From a virus, in IMG/VR virus record IMGVR_UViG_3300035660_000005, positions 14,298 through 78,297 of that record: a stretch of DNA of 64,000 nucleotides. One strand, written 5' to 3'. Under the pieces are notes generated by a model. It did no database searches. It was not told the DNA's origin and saw only the letters and a list, made by a program, of their open reading frames with translations. This document shows, in pieces, positions 47,993 through 55,874 of this stretch (positions are counted from its first letter, which is position 1; the number at the start of each line of letters is the position of its first letter). The position numbers were made by a program, and so were the translations under genes.

Positions 47993-48704
47993 CCGTCACC
48001 TCGCTTTGGAGTGCTGCGAGCTCAGTAAGCAGCTCAGGCGACGGTGGCTCGTAGCCCTCGTCACCGGGCTCAAGGAAGCGCTTGTGCCGACCGAGGTAGT
48101 ACAGGTCGTCCGAGGTCACGATGCCATCAGCAAGACCGTACCGGACAGACTCCTCCGCGGACAACCAGAGCATGCGGTCGATGTCCGCCAACAACTCGTC
48201 GCGAGAGCGCTTCACGCCGCACTCGATGTAGCAGTCCACCATGGCGTCGCGGATCTTGTTCATCTCCTGCTGGCACAGCTCCAGGTCCCTCGAGTCCACG
48301 GAGAACTCCTGTGCGTTGATCCTCGGTAGGTGCAGCATCAGTCGGGCATGCGGCAGTAGTAAGCGGCGTCGACCAGCCGCGAAGATCAGCGAGGCCATGG
48401 ACGCGCACGACATGCCGATGGTGGTCACTGGCGCCGGCGATGCACGAATCGTGTCGTACAGAGTCATGCCGACGTCGATGGACCCACCCTCACTGGCGAC
48501 GAACAGCACGATGGGATCGCTGCTCTCCAACGCAAGCGCAAGCAGGCTCTCGAACACTCGGGTCGGCGAGTACATGTCCTGCCGTGCCGTGTAGCTTAGC
48601 ATAGGACCCACAAGGAACAAGGCACGTCGGCTCGTGCCGACGATCTCGGCTCCCCAGGCAAGCTCGTTGTCGCGGATTCTGTCGGGACGTGGTCTCACAA
48701 ACAT
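47982..48704 (-). CDS. clpP: ClpP-like serine protease
   Basis: SEGGSI, IGMSCASMASLI, HARLMLHLP and WLSAEESVRYGLADGI motifs. Confidence 0.88.
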   Translation of the reverse strand: MFVRPRPDRIRDNELAWGAEIVGTSRRALFLVGPMLSYTARQDMYSPTRVFESLLALALESSDPIVLFVASEGGSIDVGMTLYDTIRASPAPVTTIGMSCASMASLIFAAGRRRLLLPHARLMLHLPRINAQEFSVDSRDLELCQQEMNKIRDAMVDCYIECGVKRSRDELLADIDRMLWLSAEESVRYGLADGIVTSDDLYYLGRHKRFLEPGDEGYEPPSPELLTELAALQSEVTDVV

Positions 48705-48706
48705 GA

Positions 48707-49075
48707 CTACTCCTTGCTCACTGTTTCCCAGCGGTCATCGAGCTCGAGCACCTGCCGGCCGGCTTGCTGGTCGAGGTAGTATTGCAGAAGCGTGAGACAG
48801 TGCCAAGCCGCGTGGGCCATGTGCGGAAGGCCCGACTCGTCGTCGATGTCCTCACCGTTGATGGAGGCGAAGACATGACGCAGAAGAGCATTGTACGACA
48901 GGCTCCAGTTGTAGCCCTTGCGGAAGTTGTGGGCCGCGTACTTCTCGAGCGCCCGTCCGTACACCTCGCCCAGCACCAGTAGCGCCTCTGCTGGCGCCAA
49001 GAACAGTTGTGACGGCTTTGAGCACTTCTCGCCACCGGTCAGCCGGTTCTTGACTCTTACCTCGTCGGTCATCAT
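48707..49075 (-). CDS. dATP/dGTP diphosphohydrolase-domain protein (DUF5664)
   Basis: KYAAHNFRKG..WS...ALLRH...GEDIDDESGLPHMAHAAW. Confidence 0.85.
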   Translation of the reverse strand: MMTDEVRVKNRLTGGEKCSKPSQLFLAPAEALLVLGEVYGRALEKYAAHNFRKGYNWSLSYNALLRHVFASINGEDIDDESGLPHMAHAAWHCLTLLQYYLDQQAGRQVLELDDRWETVSKE

Positions 49076-49081
49076 GTCTCC

Positions 49082-49729
49082 TCATGCCAAGCGGTGCTGA
49101 ACGCGCCGACCACGGCCTGTCTTGACCACCTCGCCGGCGTCGCGCAGAACGTGAAGGGCACGATGGAGGCCGCCTGCCACGCTCACGTAGGCGCTCAACT
49201 CGCGGGCTGTCTTTGGGCCGGTTGAGAGAGCGACCAAGATGCGCTTTCCTTGAGTCATGTCCGAGGTGATGGACACCGTATGGTCAGTGGGGACACTACC
49301 GTGACGCTCGGGTCGCCAGGGCTTGAGTTCCGCATCGTACTCGGCGTAGCCGGATTCCGTCTCCCACACGCGGACCTTCTCCACGTAGGCCGGCATGTTC
49401 CCGGTCACCTCGAGTTCAGCCACCAGGAATCGGTAGATGTGGTAGGCGAGCTGCTCCGCGGTGGTGACCTCCACGCCCAACGTTGGAGCTGACTGGTTCA
49501 GGAACGTATGATCGAGCAGTCCATGCAGCCTCTTCAGTGCAGCACCGACAGCGGTGAAATCGACGAGCATGCCCTCCTTGGCGTGACCGTGACCACAGGG
49601 CACGAGACTGCGACCTACGATGAACACCTCCACTGTGTACTTGTGCCCATGGAGGTTGTGACACCTGCCGTCGTGGTTGGGCAGTCTGTGCGCACACTCG
49701 AGCGTGATCGCTTTTCTTAGACGGAACAT
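49082..49729 (-). CDS. queD: 6-carboxytetrahydropterin synthase QueD with a C-terminal wHTH-like extension
   Basis: ECAHRL...C..LHGH, GMLVDF, DHTFLN, TAE and VRVWET motifs. Confidence 0.9.
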   Translation of the reverse strand: MFRLRKAITLECAHRLPNHDGRCHNLHGHKYTVEVFIVGRSLVPCGHGHAKEGMLVDFTAVGAALKRLHGLLDHTFLNQSAPTLGVEVTTAEQLAYHIYRFLVAELEVTGNMPAYVEKVRVWETESGYAEYDAELKPWRPERHGSVPTDHTVSITSDMTQGKRILVALSTGPKTARELSAYVSVAGGLHRALHVLRDAGEVVKTGRGRRVQHRLA

Positions 49730-49738
49730 CCTGCCTCC

Positions 49739-50002
49739 TTATGGACACCTCTGGCATCGACGTGGCCAGACCCGCTGTGTGAATATCGCGATCCAGAGCA
49801 CACTTGTCAGTGCCGTCGGCACCGCGCCGAGAACCAAGCCCTCAGTCGCCAGTACGTAGGCTACAACGCCAAGCGCTACCGCGTAGATGGCCGAGGCCGA
49901 CGCGGGCGTGTGTTGGATGCGCCACCTGTATCCCTGCCTCAGCATGAGTATCGTGCCGGGAACGAACGCGGCCTGCGCTAGCAGCATGAGAATGTCGTTC
50001 AT
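49739..50002 (-). CDS. Small 3-TM membrane protein (PQ-loop/SemiSWEET-like size)
   Basis: Three hydrophobic helices in 87 aa. Confidence 0.45.
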   Translation of the reverse strand: MNDILMLLAQAAFVPGTILMLRQGYRWRIQHTPASASAIYAVALGVVAYVLATEGLVLGAVPTALTSVLWIAIFTQRVWPRRCQRCP

Positions 50003-50235
50003 TTGGTGTCTGCCTGTCTCGCCAAGCGCTTCTTCCTTCTCTCTTTACGCCGGCGGAGCTCGCTGGGAGACACGAAGTACTGACGTCGACGACACTCGCG
50101 CAGCACGCCCGACTCTTCGACCTCGCATCGGAACCGACGCAGTAAGGAATCGAAGGACTCACCGGGCCTGGGGTAGACCACCCCCGCCTGCTCCCACGCG
50201 GTGCTCGATGCGACGGGGTTGTAGTACGTAGTCAC
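49999..50235 (-). CDS. rpsU: Ribosomal protein bS21
   Basis: GESFDSLLRRF...GVLRECRRRQYFVSPSELRRRK. Confidence 0.88.
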   Translation of the reverse strand: MTTYYNPVASSTAWEQAGVVYPRPGESFDSLLRRFRCEVEESGVLRECRRRQYFVSPSELRRRKERRKKRLARQADTK

Positions 50236-50590
50236 TAGACCTCTCTGAACGAGCGAAGCTCGACTTGGCTTCCCTCAGCCGCCAACAGGTCGATCAGTCG
50301 GTTGATGATCTTCACGTCGTCGGTCCGCACGCGGTCGTCCAGTCTGGGCTTGAGGTAGCCGTTGTCGTTCAAGAACTTAATGAGTGGCTCGACCGCGTCA
50401 TGAGGTACTCTCACCGCAGGTTCGGCCTCGACGAACTCCTCGTAGGCGCCAGGCGCGATGTAGCACAAGGCGCGATGTAGCACAAGGCGCCTGCCGCAAT
50501 GTCGCTGTACCACTCACCGCGGCGATGGTAAAGAGTCCTCGACGGGACAACGCGTGGCTGACGCTTATTGGCACACTTGCTGCAACTCAC
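50235..50590 (-). pseudogene. Hypothetical gene frameshifted by a 17-bp tandem duplication
   Basis: GAGGAGG RBS and GTG at 50590; removing one AGGCGCGATGTAGCACA copy (50451-50484) restores a 112-aa ORF. Confidence 0.7.
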
Positions 50591-51335
50591 TCTGCCTCCT
50601 CCTCGAGTTTCGTCGGCTCGAAGTCGCCGTCGTGCTTTGTTGGCGCTGCCGTCACCGTAGGGACGGGTCGTGGCAAGAAGACATCGTCAGTACGCTCCGC
50701 CGGCGCCTTCATGTTTGGGATGACCTGAATCACTTGCGTCCCGCCCTTGACGCGCTCCACCGAGTCGCGCGCCCTTGCCATCATAAGGTGGCTCATCTCG
50801 ACGAGATCACGCCTATCCCCAAGGCCGGCCGTACTGGTAGTGAGCACCGCCAGTCGAAGCGCGTCCAACGCCTCCACGATTGCCCTCACGGCGTTCTTGT
50901 CCATCATGCCTTCCCCTCGCGCTGACTTCCACGACGCCACGGCAGCCAGATCCCGCCCTTCGTGCGTGGCATGTCCTCGCTCTTCCTCCGTTGCTGCTCG
51001 TGTTGGATGGCCAGCTCTGAGGCGCGCATCTCGCGCTGAGCCTCCGTCTTCAGCTGTCCCAGCAGCTTCCTACTCATGCGCCTGAACCAACGACGCGTCG
51101 CACGGTTGGCGATCTGCTCTCGCGTTATGGTGCGAAGGATGTAGACCCGATGCAGCGGCCTACCATTGCGATCGCGGTCCCGCTCGAGCTTGTCCCGCTT
51201 CTCCAAGACCTTGCGGTATCCTTTGCCCTTGGCGTCGTCCTCGACGCGCATCACCAGTTTGTGCTCGTTCGGGAGTGGTCTGCCGGTCTTCTCGTCCACA
51301 CGTCGACCGATCACTTCGAACAGGCTTATGAACAA
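50587..51335 (-). CDS. Two hypothetical genes (50587-50907, 50904-51335)
   Basis: Coupled ORFs. Confidence 0.55.
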
Positions 51336-51685
51336 CTCGAAACCTCCCCAAGGATTGGGCGCACCTTCATGCAGTAGGGCGCTAGCTGTTTAGCAAGCTC
51401 GCGCACATCGTTTTGTGTAGCCAGAACCCATGCCCAGTTGGCGTGGCGCTGTGCAAGCCTGTTCGAGCCAGGGCGTTCAGACGCCACGAGGTAGACCCGT
51501 CCAACCCCAGTTAGCCGTAAAGCCGCCGCGATCAACTCTATGTCGGTATTGGCCAGCGTGATGTGCCAACGATGTGTAGCTCCACTAGGATGGTGCACAC
51601 AGCCTTCACCTTCAATGAGAGCGCCGAGCCATGCGGCTTCGACATCCGATAGTTGGTGAGTGCTAACTGGACGTTCGTGAGGCAT
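51326..51685 (-). CDS. Free-standing single-motif LAGLIDADG-like protein (paralog of 1401-1772)
   Basis: WLGALIEGEGCV...ANTDIELIAAALRLTGVG. Confidence 0.75.
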   Translation of the reverse strand: MPHERPVSTHQLSDVEAAWLGALIEGEGCVHHPSGATHRWHITLANTDIELIAAALRLTGVGRVYLVASERPGSNRLAQRHANWAWVLATQNDVRELAKQLAPYCMKVRPILGEVSSCS

Positions 51686-51979
51686 TAGAGTAGTTCCTGC
51701 GTGTCCACGTCGTGCTCGATGAAGCAGACGATACAGTCGGGGTTATCCCACGGTGCCTCATGGTTCTCGCCTTGGTGGTGAGCGACTGCCTCAGCCCACT
51801 CTTCCTCAGCTTCTCTCAAGCGACTCTCTACTTCAGGACCAAGGTCTCTGTAGTAACTCCCTAGGCCCTGCTCGACTCGATCTGCCTCGCGGCTTCCGTC
51901 GTTCTCTGGCCGCCTCTTCCCGCAACCGGAGCAGCCGAAAGGTAAGTCGCTACCGTACCCTGCACACAGCGGGCAGAAG

Positions 51980-52285
51980 TCAGTACACATCGCCGTTGCG
52001 CTCAACCGCGCCGTCTTCGTACTTCGAGACTGCGCGACGGTAGAACTCCAGCTTGGCGCACTCCAAGTCGCCCATGATGGACTTGAGCGTAGAGTAGCTC
52101 GTCTTACCTCCCAGCTCAAGGACGCGCAGTGCCAGCTTGGTCACACAGTAATTGAGGCGTCCGCCCATCTGGCCCACGGCGACGTCAGGGTGGCTCCAGT
52201 GGCCGGCAATCCGGTAGACCTCCTGGGCCAGCTTCTCGATGAGGGGGTCAAGTTCGTCACGTTCGGTTTGCTTTACATAGGGCAT
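51980..52285 (-). CDS. Conserved phage hypothetical protein
   Basis: MPYVK...GRLNY...LECAKLEFYRR...YED...NGDVY. Confidence 0.7.
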   Translation of the reverse strand: MPYVKQTERDELDPLIEKLAQEVYRIAGHWSHPDVAVGQMGGRLNYCVTKLALRVLELGGKTSYSTLKSIMGDLECAKLEFYRRAVSKYEDGAVERNGDVY

Positions 52286-52724
52286 GGTGGCTCTTCCTCC
52301 CACTCTCGCCACTCCTGCTGCTGGATCAACTTGCCGCCCTCTCGGACCTCACAGGCGTACCCACGCTCCTGTCGTGTAATCTTGAGGGTCTGTCCACCGA
52401 CGATACGCGCGATGTACGAACCTGACTTCTTGTAGAGCAGCTTTGCCAACATCTGGTGGATGTGTTCGTTGACCGTCGGGTCGCGAGAGTAGGCTGCCCT
52501 GAGCACTCCTCCGGCCATCACCCTACACGTCCCAGTCCACGCTCTTGTGCCAGTGCCCGTCCACCTTGATCTCGAAGCGTGGACAACAAAGGCAGATGCG
52601 ACAGTCCTCCTCCAGCCAGACCCCTGACGCTAGGGGATACCCGTTGAACTCGACCCACGTGTGAAAGCCGAGGAAGCAAAGTAGTCCGCCGAACCTGAGG
52701 CACATCGTCACTCACTCCACGTCT

Positions 52725-52988
52725 CTATACCCGCTCTCGTGCGCAGACCTCGTGGTGGCCCCACCCGATGCGCTTCCAGATGCGCTCATGGATGAAGTAC
52801 ATCACGAGGCTCAACGGCGAGTAGACGACGGTGATCTTCAGTGCTGTAAGTGGGTCGCCGGCGAAAAGCCACGACACCATCAAGACCGTGACGAAGCCAC
52901 GAAGTTCCCACGTCATCCCCTTGACGAATGAGCGTCTAGGGGTGCTAGCTAGGAGGACCTTTTGCTCTGTCACTTGGCCCCTCGACAC
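52725..52988 (-). CDS. DUF2061-like membrane protein
   Basis: RSFVKGMTW...YFIHERIWKRIGWG. Confidence 0.75.
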   Translation of the reverse strand: MSRGQVTEQKVLLASTPRRSFVKGMTWELRGFVTVLMVSWLFAGDPLTALKITVVYSPLSLVMYFIHERIWKRIGWGHHEVCARERV

Positions 52989-53249
52989 GGTGACATGCTA
53001 TGTGGTTCATTGCTTCGCCGACGACGTACTGAACGAGTAGGTAGCGTGGGCAGCTGTTCAACTGGTGCTCCTCTACTGACCGTTGAGCGTAGAGCTTGGC
53101 ACCACTGAACGTGAGAGTGATCGTCACCGTGCAGCCATCGAAAACCCCGGGTGGGCTAGGTTCGACGCGAAGCCCCATACGCCGACCCAGCACGAACTTG
53201 TTCAACTCGGCGCGCAGTTGCTTTTCAAACAGATCGTAGCCCGACGCGT

Positions 53250-54038
53250 TCACGCGAAGTCACCTGTCTTCAGCTTGAACCTCAGCGGCTTACCGTGCTT
53301 GTCGTAAAGGTAGGGATCGGTGCGGGCGACGACGCCCTCGGCGAACACGTCACTTCTGCTGCAATCCTCGTACGCGACGCGCGACCATATCCCAGCTTGC
53401 ACGATGTCGGCGACCTCCTCAGCGGTGTAGCGCTCACCGAGTTCGGGCACTGTCTCGAGCATCAGACGTCTGGCGATGCTCTCGACGTTCGCCCAGTCGA
53501 GCCACCAACGGCTCGCCACCAGCACATCGAAGAGTCGAAAGCTCACACCTTCGCGGTAGTTGCCGCCGCCCTTCTGAATGCGCTCGCCGTAGCCCTCACC
53601 GAACAGCACGATGGGGTAGGGTTCCACACATCCACACCGATGCTTCCCGTCAGCGCTGCCGCAAGGAGGCCCCGCCTCACACGGACACCGACCGGTTCCG
53701 GCACAGACCTTGCAGCTATTCCGGCCACGCCACAGGCGCATCATGACGTCCAACGAGAACGTGTCTTGAAGGTGAGTCAGTAGGAACGTCGGAATCTGTG
53801 CTGCACTTGTACGCCCATAGAACCGCACGCGCCAACCGAACGTGTCATCCAGTGATGGTGTCACGCGTTCGTCCAACTCCAGCGACACACGAATGTTGGT
53901 GCCGTCAATCTTCTCCGTCACCAGCCAGTGCGAGATCTGTTTGAACTCGGGGCAGCGAACCTCGTTGGTCACCTTGTGGTCGTCGCCACGGTTGAAGTAG
54001 GTCTCGATCTTAGGATACTCGCTCGGTGGCATGCACAC
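53250..54038 (-). CDS. RNA ligase (Rnl2-like) with a Cys-rich insertion
   Basis: TEKIDGTN, FGEGYG, FRLFDV, EGVVAR and KLK nucleotidyltransferase motifs. Confidence 0.85.
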   Translation of the reverse strand: MCMPPSEYPKIETYFNRGDDHKVTNEVRCPEFKQISHWLVTEKIDGTNIRVSLELDERVTPSLDDTFGWRVRFYGRTSAAQIPTFLLTHLQDTFSLDVMMRLWRGRNSCKVCAGTGRCPCEAGPPCGSADGKHRCGCVEPYPIVLFGEGYGERIQKGGGNYREGVSFRLFDVLVASRWWLDWANVESIARRLMLETVPELGERYTAEEVADIVQAGIWSRVAYEDCSRSDVFAEGVVARTDPYLYDKHGKPLRFKLKTGDFA

Positions 54039-54076
54039 TGCCCTCCTGCCTCTCTATACCCTCGTCGAGCAAGTGG

Positions 54077-54154
54077 TGGTGCGGCAGGGAGGATTCGAAC
54101 CTCCAGCCACCAGTTTTACGAACTGGCCCGACACACCGCCGTCGGCGCTGCCGC
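54077..54154 (-). tRNA. Atypical tRNA-Tyr(GTA)-like, short variable arm
   Basis: CCAGT-TCGTAAA-ACTGG; C8 and C33; ACCA end. Confidence 0.55.
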
Positions 54155-54158
54155 ACGT

Positions 54159-54244
54159 TGGCTGAGCGAGCCGGAGTCGAACCGACATTGCGTCTCCGCT
54201 TACCGAGTTAGCACCTCGGCTGCCACGCCAATGGCTGTCGCTCA
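54159..54244 (-). tRNA. tRNA-Ser(GCT)
   Basis: CCGAG-GTGCTAA-CTCGG, long variable arm, G73. Confidence 0.8.
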
Positions 54245-54247
54245 ATA

Positions 54248-54333
54248 TGGCGGAAGGGGCAGGAGTTGAACCCGCACTGCCTTTCGGCTTGCCGAGATTC
54301 GAAGTCGGTTGCCACGCCCATGGCGGCCCTTCC
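54248..54333 (-). tRNA. tRNA-Ser(CGA)
   Basis: Loop TTCGAAT, long variable arm, G73. Confidence 0.8.
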
Positions 54334-54336
54334 GTA

Positions 54337-54410
54337 TGGAGTGTCGGGCCGGACTCGAACCGGCTCTGAGTGGGCCACGGCCAAGCGTGCTACCGTTACA
54401 CTACCGACAC
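54337..54410 (-). tRNA. tRNA-His(GTG), degenerate anticodon stem
   Basis: Loop CCGTGGC, two stem mismatches, U73. Confidence 0.6.
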
Positions 54411-54412
54411 AC

Positions 54413-54487
54413 TGGTGGAGGAGACAGGATTCGAACCTGCAATCCCCTGCTTGCAAAGCAGGCGCGCTCCCATTACGCTACTCCCCC
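54413..54487 (-). tRNA. tRNA-Ala(TGC)
   Basis: G3:U70 pair, loop TTTGCAA. Confidence 0.9.
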
Positions 54488-54491
54488 ACGT

Positions 54492-54568
54492 TGGTACCGC
54501 GGGCAGGATTCGAACCTGCGCTCGTCGGTATATCAGACCGATGCACTTGTCCACTGTACTACCGCGGC
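54492..54568 (-). tRNA. tRNA-Ile(GAT)
   Basis: Loop CTGATAT. Confidence 0.85.
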
Positions 54569-54569
54569 T

Positions 54570-54643
54570 TGGTAGCGGGTGGGAGATTCGAACTCCCGTC
54601 GCCGGCTTGAGGGGCCAGCATCCTGCCGCTAGAAGAACCCGCC
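54570..54643 (-). tRNA. tRNA-Glu(CTC)
   Basis: Loop CCCTCAA. Confidence 0.85.
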
Positions 54644-54649
54644 CCGATA

Positions 54650-54726
54650 TGGTGCGAGCGGGAGGATTCGAACCTCCATACTCCGAGGTTTGGACTCGGA
54701 AGGTCTACCGTTGCCTTCACGCTCGC
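54650..54726 (-). tRNA. tRNA-Leu(CAA), short variable arm
   Basis: CCGAG-TCCAAAC-CTCGG. Confidence 0.75.
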
Positions 54727-54727
54727 A

Positions 54728-54804
54728 TGGCTCCGGTGGTAGGACTCGAACCTACGACCTAGCGGTTAACGGCCGCTCGCGCTCACCAACTGCGCCACAC
54801 CGGA
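54728..54804 (-). tRNA. tRNA-Asn(GTT)
   Basis: Loop CCGTTAA. Confidence 0.9.
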
Positions 54805-54807
54805 TTA

Positions 54808-54884
54808 TGGAGCCGGCGGAGGGCCTCGAACCCCCAACCTGACCGTTACGACGGGCCTGCTCTGCCTACTTGAGCTACACCGAC
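54808..54884 (-). tRNA. tRNA-Thr(CGT)
   Basis: Loop GTCGTAA. Confidence 0.8.
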
Positions 54885-54888
54885 TCGG

Positions 54889-54965
54889 TGGCGTCGCCGA
54901 CGGGAGTCGAACCCGCGACCTCCTGCGTGACAAGCAGGCGCCCTGGGCCACTGGGCGACGGCGAC
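54889..54965 (-). tRNA. tRNA-Asp(GTC)
   Basis: Loop TTGTCAC. Confidence 0.9.
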
Positions 54966-54968
54966 GTT

Positions 54969-55046
54969 TGGTGCGGGCGAGAGGATTCGAACCTCCACTT
55001 GTCTGCTTCTAAGGCAGGTGCGTCTACCAGGTTGCGCCACGCCCGC
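54969..55046 (-). tRNA. tRNA-Leu(TAG), short variable arm
   Basis: Loop CTTAGAA; Leu-type D-loop. Confidence 0.8.
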
Positions 55047-55061
55047 GTCGTGTTAAGCTGC

Positions 55062-55137
55062 TGGTACGGGCTGAAGGCCTCGAACCTCCGACCTCCTCCG
55101 TGTAAAAGAGGCGCTCTTCCAACTGAGCTAAGCCCGC
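55062..55137 (-). tRNA. tRNA-Val(TAC)
   Basis: Loop TTTACAC. Confidence 0.9.
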
Positions 55138-55138
55138 A

Positions 55139-55213
55139 TGGTTGCGGTGGAAGGATTCGAACCTCCGTTTCGCGGTCCAGGGCCGCGCGTCCTACCACTA
55201 GACAGACACCGCA
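55139..55213 (-). tRNA. tRNA-Gln(CTG)
   Basis: Loop CCCTGGA. Confidence 0.85.
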
Positions 55214-55219
55214 TCGATA

Positions 55220-55295
55220 TGGTCCGGGTAGGAGGAGTCGAACCTCCACCTCCTGCTTGGAGGGCAGGCACGCTTGTCCGTTACGCCACACCCGG
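55220..55295 (-). tRNA. tRNA-Gly(TCC)
   Basis: Loop CCTCCAA; A73. Confidence 0.8.
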
Positions 55296-55297
55296 AT

Positions 55298-55375
55298 TGG
55301 TTCCCCAGAAGGGACTCGAACCCCCAACCTCCGGTTTAGGAGACCGTCGCTCTGCTCCCTTTGAGCTACTGGGGA
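55298..55375 (-). tRNA. tRNA-Arg(CCT)
   Basis: Loop CTCCTAA. Confidence 0.85.
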
Positions 55376-55376
55376 A

Positions 55377-55454
55377 TGGTACGCCTGGAGGGACTCGAAC
55401 CCCCGACACCGTGGTTCGTAGCCACGTGCTCTGAATCCACTGAGCTACAGGCGC
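55377..55454 (-). tRNA. tRNA-Arg(ACG)
   Basis: Loop CTACGAA. Confidence 0.9.
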
Positions 55455-55457
55455 GTA

Positions 55458-55532
55458 TGGTGCCGAGAGAAGGAATCGAACCTCCGTCGCGAGGGTCTTC
55501 ACCCCTCCGCTCTACCACTGGGCTACCTCGGC
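55458..55532 (-). tRNA. tRNA-Phe(GAA)
   Basis: Loop GTGAAGA. Confidence 0.85.
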
Positions 55533-55538
55533 AGATGT

Positions 55539-55619
55539 TAGTGGACAGGGGCGGGAGTCAAACCCGCGACCTCCGTGATTACTGGCGCCTCGGTGCTCTG
55601 CCACTGAGCTACCCTGTCC
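55539..55619 (-). ncRNA. tRNA-like RNA of undetermined identity
   Basis: 8-bp acceptor, canonical D-arm, 11-nt anticodon loop, T-loop TTTGACT, ends ACTA. Confidence 0.6.
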
Positions 55620-55623
55620 GTAC

Positions 55624-55702
55624 TGGTAACGGGGGTCGGATTCGAACCGACGATCTCCGGCTTATGAGGCCAGCGGGGACGACCGAACTCCCCTACCCCG
55701 CA
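55624..55702 (-). tRNA. tRNA-Met(CAT), initiator-like
   Basis: 1:72 mismatch, loop CTCATAA. Confidence 0.8.
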
Positions 55703-55709
55703 TCGCTAT

Positions 55710-55785
55710 TGGCGGGTACGGAAGGCTTCGAACCTCCGCCTTCCCGTTTTGGAGACGAGTGCTCTGCCAGCTAAGCTACGTACCC
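55710..55785 (-). tRNA. tRNA-Trp(CCA)
   Basis: Loop CTCCAAA. Confidence 0.9.
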
Positions 55786-55788
55786 ACA

Positions 55789-55866
55789 TGGTACCGGCGG
55801 AGGGATTCGAACCCCCGACGCGCGGATTAAGAGTCCGCCGCTCCGACCAGACTGAGCTACGCCGGC
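55789..55866 (-). tRNA. tRNA-Lys(CTT)
   Basis: Loop CTCTTAA. Confidence 0.9.
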
Positions 55867-55874
55867 AATCTCGC

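Noticed and set aside
47982-48704. ClpP as the prohead maturation protease
   Set aside because: It lies outside the head module, and an XkdF-like protease domain occupies the expected position after MuF.
54969-55046. tRNA with TAG in the anticodon loop as an amber suppressor, implying a recoded genome
   Set aside because: Anticodon UAG reads CUA (Leu); a suppressor would need CUA. TAG, TGA and TAA all end conserved genes normally here.
55539-55619. tRNA-Sec, suggested by the 8/5 acceptor/T-stem geometry
   Set aside because: There is no UCA anticodon, no long variable arm and no extended D-stem.
54077-55866. Regularly spaced GGATTCGAACC-like repeats resembling a CRISPR array
   Set aside because: They are the T-arms of tandem tRNA genes; the intervening sequences fold as cloverleaves and no cas genes are present.
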